From the NCBI GenBank assembly GCA_017532725.1, contig JAFXIZ010000019.1, positions 6,525 through 70,524 on the forward strand: a stretch of DNA of 64,000 bases, given 5' to 3'. Shown here piece by piece: positions 46,236 to 53,062 of this stretch (the first letter of the stretch is position 1; the number at the start of each line of letters is the position of its first letter). A program made the translations under genes and the position numbers. Below the pieces are notes generated by a model that ran no database searches, was not told where the DNA came from, and was given only the letters and a program-made list of their open reading frames with translations. This stretch comes from Bacteroidaceae bacterium. GTDB lineage: Bacteria; Bacteroidota; Bacteroidia; Bacteroidales; Barnesiellaceae_A.

Positions 46236-47654
46236 TTACATTCCTCGACCTAATAATACTGTGCGAATGGTGTAGATAATGATTTTTAAATCTACCAACA
46301 TTGACATATTTTCGAGATATATTACGTCGTATTGCAATCGTTCTATCATTTCATCGACATTGCGAGCATAACCATATTTTACCATACCCCACGAGGTCAA
46401 TCCGGGACGTATCTGGTACATAAGTGCATAATATGGCGCTTTTTGCATTATTTGTTTGATGAAATACTCTCGTTCGGGACGTGGGCCTACCAATGACATA
46501 TCGCCCTTGAGAATATTCCAGAATTGAGGTAACTCATCGAAACGGTATTTGCGCAGGATGCGTCCTATGGGGGTTATACGTTTGTCATCAAGACTCGACA
46601 AACGAGGTGTTCCGTCACTCTCGGCATCGATATACATCGTACGCAGTTTATACAGATAAAATGGCTTGTGATGATAGCCTATTCGTTCTTGCTTGAAGAA
46701 TACGGGACCCTTTGAGTCGAGTTTTATAAGTATTGCCAATACAGCAATAATAGGCGAAACAAGAATTATAGCCACGATAGAAAACAGTATGTCGAACACA
46801 CGCTTGGTATTGCGACCACCGGCCGATATAGCACAACTGTTTATGTCAACAAGTGGCTCGCCATATATATTCGACAATCTGACACGTCCGGCAAGTTGGT
46901 GGAATATGTCACTCTGTACCTTGATGGTGCAATTTAAGGGGAATAGCATATTGACCACCGAATTGAGGTGTGAGTGACTGTTGTCATCGACCGATACAAT
47001 AATATATTTTATATTAAGTCTATCGCATAACTCTTCCAGATTGTCGCTTTTATAAATAGGCATTTCCAATTGCTGTGAGCGATTCCCCTCTCCTATATCT
47101 ACATAGCCTACAATGTGATAGCCCAATGCCACACTGCGTTTATTAAGGTCGCGAGTCAGTTTCAATGCTTGTTTGCCACATCCTACTATGAGTGTGTTGA
47201 AGTACCATATACGGTTATGTATTTTATGTGTAGCATCGGCTGTAATAATCAATCGGAATGGATATATACATATAAATTGTGTTGCAAACAATATGAATAT
47301 CAACTCATAATTCTCGCTTCGCAAAGGCAATACATCGTTGATGAGAGCAGTGAAAAAGAGTATCAACGTGTTTATGGCTACCGAGCCAAGTGTCGTAAAC
47401 AACTCGTGCAATCGTGATTTGAAAAATATGATATTATAGTAGCCCGACAGATAATATACCGACATCATTATCAATGGCATAAATAACTGTCCAACGAGTA
47501 CGTTTTGTGATAGTAGGAAATCACTTAAATATACATATCCCGAATTTACTACCGGTGTATAGAAACGAATTATATTGAAAAGCAGCCACGCAATGTTGGA
47601 CATTACATAGTCGCACGTTATATATTTGGCTATCTGTCGCTTGCTATCAATCAT
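46236..47654 (-). CDS. polyprenyl-phosphate glycosylphosphotransferase (second, divergent paralogue)
   Basis: GPVFFKQERIG, DELPQFWNILKGDMSLVGPRP and RPGLTSWGMV. ATGA overlap with the tsaC stop at 47651-47654. Confidence 0.88.
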   Translation of the reverse strand: MIDSKRQIAKYITCDYVMSNIAWLLFNIIRFYTPVVNSGYVYLSDFLLSQNVLVGQLFMPLIMMSVYYLSGYYNIIFFKSRLHELFTTLGSVAINTLILFFTALINDVLPLRSENYELIFILFATQFICIYPFRLIITADATHKIHNRIWYFNTLIVGCGKQALKLTRDLNKRSVALGYHIVGYVDIGEGNRSQQLEMPIYKSDNLEELCDRLNIKYIIVSVDDNSHSHLNSVVNMLFPLNCTIKVQSDIFHQLAGRVRLSNIYGEPLVDINSCAISAGGRNTKRVFDILFSIVAIILVSPIIAVLAILIKLDSKGPVFFKQERIGYHHKPFYLYKLRTMYIDAESDGTPRLSSLDDKRITPIGRILRKYRFDELPQFWNILKGDMSLVGPRPEREYFIKQIMQKAPYYALMYQIRPGLTSWGMVKYGYARNVDEMIERLQYDVIYLENMSMLVDLKIIIYTIRTVLLGRGM

Positions 47655-48226
47655 TCTCTTATTACTTTTATCAAGCCTCCGGCTCCCAATTTGATTATAC
47701 TTGAGGGGGCTGCATTACCTCCTACTTCATCTTGTCGAGCCTCTACGATATAATCGACAGCTTGTTTTATTTCATCCGAAATATCGGCAAAAGACATAGG
47801 CGATGGTGTGCCACTGACATTGGCCGATGTCGAAACTATAGCCTTGCGAAAACGACGACACAATGTTTGTGAAAATTTCTCTCGTGTAACGCGAATGCCT
47901 ACACTGCCATCATCGCCCAATAATTCAGGTGCTAAATTGCGCGCTCCTGTGTAGATAATTGTGAGTGGCTTTTCCGATAGGTCGGTCAGGTCGTATGCGA
48001 TATCGGGAACCTCTTCGACGTAGAAGTCAACTTTTGTCATCGAATCGGTAAGAACTATCAAGGCTTTGTTGTCGGCTCTACGTTTTATCTCATATACGCG
48101 TCGTACCGCTTCACTATTGGTCGCATCACAACCTATGCCCCATATCGTATCGGTAGGATACAATATGATGCCTCCTCGTTGCATTACCTCGCAAGCCTGT
48201 GCTATGTCTTCTTGTAGTGTCTTCAT
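47651..48226 (-). CDS. tsaC: L-threonylcarbamoyladenylate synthase (TsaC/YrdC family)
   Basis: GGIILYPTDTIWGIGCDA, and STSANVSG is the YrdC fold signature. Confidence 0.88.
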   Translation of the reverse strand: MKTLQEDIAQACEVMQRGGIILYPTDTIWGIGCDATNSEAVRRVYEIKRRADNKALIVLTDSMTKVDFYVEEVPDIAYDLTDLSEKPLTIIYTGARNLAPELLGDDGSVGIRVTREKFSQTLCRRFRKAIVSTSANVSGTPSPMSFADISDEIKQAVDYIVEARQDEVGGNAAPSSIIKLGAGGLIKVIRE

Positions 48227-48344
48227 TAGTTATAGTTGCGCCATAGCGCATTGCAAAGTTAATCAATAGTGGCGCGATAACAAAATATAACTATGATTTT
48301 TTGCGCTTGCCGATTATAAAACGTTGCTTCGCCAATCGCAGTTT

Positions 48345-49208
48345 TTACACACGTTTAATCTCGTGGCAATTAAACGCCTGATCATCAATATGTGTATTGC
48401 TCGACACTGTAACATCTCTTAATGATGAGCATTTATTGAATGCTCGCCATTTTATCTCTTTTACCGAAGGTGGAATCACTACCGATGTTAACATAGCGTC
48501 TTCTTCAAAGGCTTGCTCATCAATAAGTGTAATGGTATTTCCGAAATCTATATTTTTCAGTTTACCACATTCGGCGAATGCCATTGGCCCTATTACCTCT
48601 ACCCCATCGCATATCTTCAAGTCTTCAAGTTCATCGCTGTGCCAAAATGCAATTTTCGATACTCTTTTAAGTGTGCCGGGTATAACAAGTGATTGAATAC
48701 TCGTATGTGCAAAGGCTCTATAACCTATCTCTTTTACATTTTCGGGGATGGTGAGTTGTGTGAGTTTGGCTCCATTGAATGTCCAATCTTCTATTTTAGT
48801 CACTCCACGAGGTATCTTAAATGATTTAAGGTCCCAACATAGACCAAATGCCTCCGTACCTATTGACGTAACGCTGTCGGGAAGATTGATACTTGCAAGT
48901 TTAGTGCATTGTCGAAAAACACCATTACCCACTGTTTGTAAGTTTTTACCTACAATTACCACCTCTTCCAAGTTACTACAGCGCCAAAATGCGCTATTAC
49001 CTATTATCTGCAATGTTTCGGGAAGAGTTATAGATATAATCTCTTCGTTTTTAGCAAAAGCACTCTCGCCAATAGATGTTAAACTGCCCTCAAACACTAT
49101 TTCGCCACAACCATCGGTATATGTGTGCGATAGTATAGGTTTATCGAAACACGATGCATCTATATTGATAATAGCCGTCGATTGGTATTTTATTGCCGAA
49201 TTTGCCAT
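48345..49208 (-). CDS. BspA-type leucine-rich repeat protein, no signal peptide
   Basis: About 10 repeats of the ~23-aa unit (I.IP..V..IG..AF..C..L..). The N-terminus MANSAIKYQST... is not hydrophobic. Confidence 0.85.
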   Translation of the reverse strand: MANSAIKYQSTAIINIDASCFDKPILSHTYTDGCGEIVFEGSLTSIGESAFAKNEEIISITLPETLQIIGNSAFWRCSNLEEVVIVGKNLQTVGNGVFRQCTKLASINLPDSVTSIGTEAFGLCWDLKSFKIPRGVTKIEDWTFNGAKLTQLTIPENVKEIGYRAFAHTSIQSLVIPGTLKRVSKIAFWHSDELEDLKICDGVEVIGPMAFAECGKLKNIDFGNTITLIDEQAFEEDAMLTSVVIPPSVKEIKWRAFNKCSSLRDVTVSSNTHIDDQAFNCHEIKRV

Positions 49209-49225
49209 ACAATATTTTGATTATA

Positions 49226-49287
49226 ATTTTAAAACATTCAAATTTACATATACTTTCTATAATACACAAATATTAATGTTTTAAAAT
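49226..49287. repeat. 13-bp perfect inverted repeat pair (ATTTTAAAACATT / AATGTTTTAAAAT) flanking a 36-bp spacer
   Basis: Arms at 49226-49238 and 49275-49287, in the divergent LRR/patatin intergenic region. AT-rich, so chance is not negligible. Confidence 0.7.
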
Positions 49288-49334
49288 ATGAAGAATGTTG
49301 TTTTACAAAAGTTGCAGATAGCATAAAAAAGAGT

Positions 49335-49342
49335 TATCTTCG
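49335..49342 (+). promoter_or_regulatory. candidate variant -7 box (TATCTTCG) upstream of the patatin gene
   Basis: TATCTTCGCAC at 49335-49345, 28 nt upstream of ATG 49363. The 11-mer is identical to the one at 26871-26881. Confidence 0.3.
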
Positions 49343-49362
49343 CACAACGAAAAACAATAGTT

Positions 49363-50175
49363 ATGTTTTGGTTTGGCAGAAAAAAAGAAAATAAGCGTCC
49401 TTATCGTATAGGCCTGGCTTTGAGTGGTGGAGGTGCGCGTGGATTTGCCCACGTCGGTGTGTTGCGTGCTTTTGAGGAACGTGGTATCGTGCCGGATGTT
49501 ATAGCCGGAACAAGTGCCGGCTCGATTGTAGCAGCCTTATATGCCGACGGATATGCACCGGAGCATATCATAAAACTATTCGGTGAATTGAATGTGCGCG
49601 AATTGGTCGATGTGACACTCCCCCGCAATAGTTTGCTAAAATTCGACAAGTTTGTTCATTTCTTGGAGAATAAGTTTCACGCCAAGCGCATAGAGGATTT
49701 GAAAATTCCTACACTAATTACTGTGACAGATTTCGATCACGGAAAAAGTGTGGCTTTCGATAGTGGCGACTTGGCTATACGAGTAGCCGCATCGTGTGCT
49801 ATACCTATAGTATTTGCGCCGGTTGAGATTGAAGGAATACATTATGTCGATGGTGGTGTGTTGTGTAACTTGCCGGCCACACACTTGCGCGACCTTTGCG
49901 ATGTTGTGATAGGTGTAAATGTATCACCTTTGCATCACGAACAATATGAACAAAACCTACTCTCGATAGCCGATAGAGCCTACAACTTCCTATCGTGTGG
50001 AAATGTATTTCCCGATATTGCCAAGTGCGATGTGCTTATAGAGTGCGAAAATATAAGCGATTATCGAGTCTTTGACCTCAATGAGCAACTTGAAATCGAG
50101 CAATTGGGCTATCAGCAGGCTTGTAAAATTTTGGATAACTTATCACCCGATAAAAAGAGTTTATTAAATATATAG
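49363..50175 (+). CDS. patatin-like phospholipase
   Basis: Oxyanion GGGARG, nucleophile elbow GTSAGS and the catalytic DGG (YVDGGV). Confidence 0.9.
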   Translation: MFWFGRKKENKRPYRIGLALSGGGARGFAHVGVLRAFEERGIVPDVIAGTSAGSIVAALYADGYAPEHIIKLFGELNVRELVDVTLPRNSLLKFDKFVHFLENKFHAKRIEDLKIPTLITVTDFDHGKSVAFDSGDLAIRVAASCAIPIVFAPVEIEGIHYVDGGVLCNLPATHLRDLCDVVIGVNVSPLHHEQYEQNLLSIADRAYNFLSCGNVFPDIAKCDVLIECENISDYRVFDLNEQLEIEQLGYQQACKILDNLSPDKKSLLNI

Positions 50176-50191
50176 TCCGTATCAAATAAGT

Positions 50192-51931
50192 ATGGAAAAT
50201 AAGATTGTTATATATCAGGTACTACCACGACTCTTCTCAAATACTTGTCCCGATTGTGTTCCCTTCGGTACGATTGAGCAAAATGGTTGTGGTAAACTCA
50301 ATCACTTTACCCCTAAAGTGTTGAGCGAAATAAAATCATTAGGTATTACGCATATATGGTACACAGGTGTTATTGAACACGCCACACAGACCGATTACAG
50401 TGCTTGGAGTATTCGCCCTAACAACCCATATATAGTTAAAGGTAAAGCCGGCTCGCCTTATGCCATCAGTGATTACTACGACATAGCCCCCGATTTGGCC
50501 GAGGATATACCCAATAGAATGAAATAGTTTGAGGCTCTTGTAAATCGCACACACGAAGCGGGGTTGAAAGTTATAATGGACTTTGTTCCCAATCACGTTG
50601 CTCGTGAGTATCATTCCGATAGTATGCCCGAAGGCGTGGAGCAATTGGGTGCTAAAGATGACAAGGAGAAACAATTTTCACCACATAATAATTTTTATTA
50701 TATCCCCCGTCAACGATTTTCGCCTCGTTTCTTTATAGGACAAAATACCGATAATGAGTATTATGAATTTCCTGCCAAGGCAACAGGTAATGATCGTTTC
50801 GATGCATATCCCGAAAATCACGATTGGTACGAAACTGTTAAACTCAATTATGGTGTAGATTACTTGGGTTGGTGTCAGCACCATTTCGATCCTATACCCG
50901 ATACGTGGATGAAAATGCGCGATATATTACTCTTCTGGAGCAGTAAGGGTATCGACGGTTTTCGTTGCGATATGGTGCATATGGTGCCTGTCGATTTTTG
51001 GCATTGGGCTATAGCGCAGGTCAAGAAGCAGTATCCTCACATTAAGTTTATTGCCGAGATATATGAGCCTTCTTTGTACCGACCCTACATTGAATGGGGA
51101 GGTTTTGACTATCTGTATGACAAGGTAGGACTATACGATAAATTGCGTGCGATACAGTGTTGCGATGTGTCGGCAGCACAGTTGTCCTATTGTTGGCAGT
51201 CGCTCGACGGCTTGTCCGATAATATGCTCAACTTCCTCGAAAATCACGACGAACAGCGTTTTGCCTCAATGCAATATGCCGGAGAGGCATCAAGGGTATT
51301 GCCCTCATTGGTAGTCTCATCGACAATAAGTCGTGCGCCGATGATGATATATTTTGGTCAGGAATTGGGCGAAAAGGCTGCCGATGCCGAAGGCTTCAGT
51401 GGTCGTGATGGTCGTACTACAATCTTCGATTATTGGAGTGTGCCGTCGGTAAGAACTTGGTATAACAATGGCAAATGCACTACAACACAACTCACACCCG
51501 AGCAACGTGCTTTGCGTAAACTATATAAGCAAGTATTGACCCTGTGCAACAAAGAGAAAGCCATATCGCGAGGCGACTTTTTCGACCTGATGTATGTCAA
51601 TTGCGATAATCCACATTTCGACCCACATCATCAATACACTTACTTGCGTTATACCCAGAACGAAATACTGCTCATTGCCGTAAACTTTGGCAGCGTGGCA
51701 GCCGATATTTCCATAAACATTCCTCAGCACGCACTTGATATGATGAATGTAGGTGCAGGTGCATATAATGCTACCGAATTGTTGAGTGGAAAAAGTGAGG
51801 AAAAGTATCTTCATCCCGGCGTTCCATTCACTACTCCGGTGAACGGATATGGTGCTGTGATGTGGAAAATAAAAATTTCGCAAAAAACATTGCGTTCAGG
51901 GCGAAAAAAATGTGCGAAACAGTGTGAATAA
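50192..51931 (+). pseudogene. GH13 alpha-amylase family protein interrupted by an in-frame TAG (50525-50527)
   Basis: The two track ORFs (50192..50527 and 50564..51931) are in the same frame. Read-through gives ...IPNRMK*FEALVNRTHEAGLKVIMDFVPNHVA..., a continuous GH13 region I. Downstream catalytic motifs are intact (GFRCDMVHMV, FIAEIYE, NFLENHDEQR). Confidence 0.85.
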
Positions 51932-51945
51932 CGAAAACATAATTT

Positions 51946-51953
51946 TAACTTTG
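51946..51953 (+). promoter_or_regulatory. candidate -7 box (TAACTTTG) for prs
   Basis: Exact TAnnTTTG match 41 nt upstream of ATG 51994. Confidence 0.35.
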
Positions 51954-51993
51954 CAACAAATTTAAAAAACAGCCACAATTTCTTATTATATCT

Positions 51994-52932
51994 ATGGAAC
52001 AAACAACACCTTTCAAGGTTTTTTCAGGAACAAATTCACGTTATCTTGCCGAGAAGATCTGTAACAGTCTTGGTTGTGAATTGGGACAAATGAACATTCA
52101 ACATTTTGCCGACGGTGAATTTGCCGTTTCGTTTGAAGAGTCGATACGCGGTCTTGAAGTGTATCTTGTACAATCGACATTCCCCAGTTCGGACAATTTG
52201 ATGGAACTTCTTCTTATGGTCGATGCTGCCAAGCGTGCTTCGGCAAAGACTATTAATGCAGTTATCCCCTATTTCGGTTGGGCGCGTCAAGACCGTAAGG
52301 ATAAACCCCGTGTATCAATTGGTGCAAAACTTATTGCCGACTTGTTGAGTGCTGCCGGTATCGACCGTCTTATCACTATGGACCTTCACGCCGACCAAAT
52401 TCAAGGCTTCTTCAATGTACCCGTAGATCACCTTTATGCTTCATCGGTATTTATTCCCTATATCGAGTCGCTTAAACTTGAGAATATGGCTATTGCTACT
52501 CCCGACGTGGGTGGCTCAAAACGTGCCAGCACATACGCCAAATACTTCAACTGTCCTCTCGTATTGTGTGACAAGAAACGCAATAAACCCAATGAGGTAG
52601 CCGAAATGACCGTTATCGGTGAAGTAGAAGGTAAAGATGTAATCCTCATTGACGATATGGTTGATACAGCCGGTACTATAACCAAGGCTGCCAACTTGAT
52701 GATGAGTTGGGGAGCAAACTCGGTGCGCGCCATTGCCAGCCACGCCGTTATGAGCGATCCCGCTTCTACTCGCGTAAAAGATTCACAATTGACCGAAATG
52801 GTATTTACCGATAGTATTCCTTACACCAAGGAGTGCAATAAGGTGCATATATTGACAATTGCCGATTTGTTTGCCGACACTATTCGTCGTGTCAATAGCA
52901 ACAAATCTATCTCTTCACAATATTTGTTGTAA
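51994..52932 (+). CDS. prs: ribose-phosphate pyrophosphokinase
   Basis: KVFSGTNSRYLAEKI, YFGWARQDRK, DLHADQIQGFF, and the PRPP loop VILIDDMVDTAGT. Confidence 0.96.
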   Translation: MEQTTPFKVFSGTNSRYLAEKICNSLGCELGQMNIQHFADGEFAVSFEESIRGLEVYLVQSTFPSSDNLMELLLMVDAAKRASAKTINAVIPYFGWARQDRKDKPRVSIGAKLIADLLSAAGIDRLITMDLHADQIQGFFNVPVDHLYASSVFIPYIESLKLENMAIATPDVGGSKRASTYAKYFNCPLVLCDKKRNKPNEVAEMTVIGEVEGKDVILIDDMVDTAGTITKAANLMMSWGANSVRAIASHAVMSDPASTRVKDSQLTEMVFTDSIPYTKECNKVHILTIADLFADTIRRVNSNKSISSQYLL

Positions 52933-52972
52933 GACTTTTATTCGCGCTATATAAGTGCGTATATACTACCTA

Positions 52973-53024
52973 AAACTCCTTGGGTACCGATTGATATATC
53001 GGTGTCTGAGGAGTTTATTTTTTT
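52973..53024 (+). terminator. rho-independent terminator of prs
   Basis: Long compound hairpin: aaactcct (52973-52980) pairs with aggagttt (53009-53016), with inner accgat/atcggt pairing, followed by T7. Confidence 0.75.
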
Positions 53025-53062
53025 GTTAATTCTATATTATATTAATATTTAAATAATCTTAT

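Noticed and set aside
50525-50527. In-frame TAG in the GH13 gene as a sign of stop-codon reassignment or pyrrolysine-type recoding.
   Set aside because: TAG is used as a normal terminator in this window: DUF2520 gene at 36344-36346, M16 peptidase at 39577-39579 and patatin at 50173-50175. No pyl-type genes are visible. A nonsense mutation or base-call error is more parsimonious.
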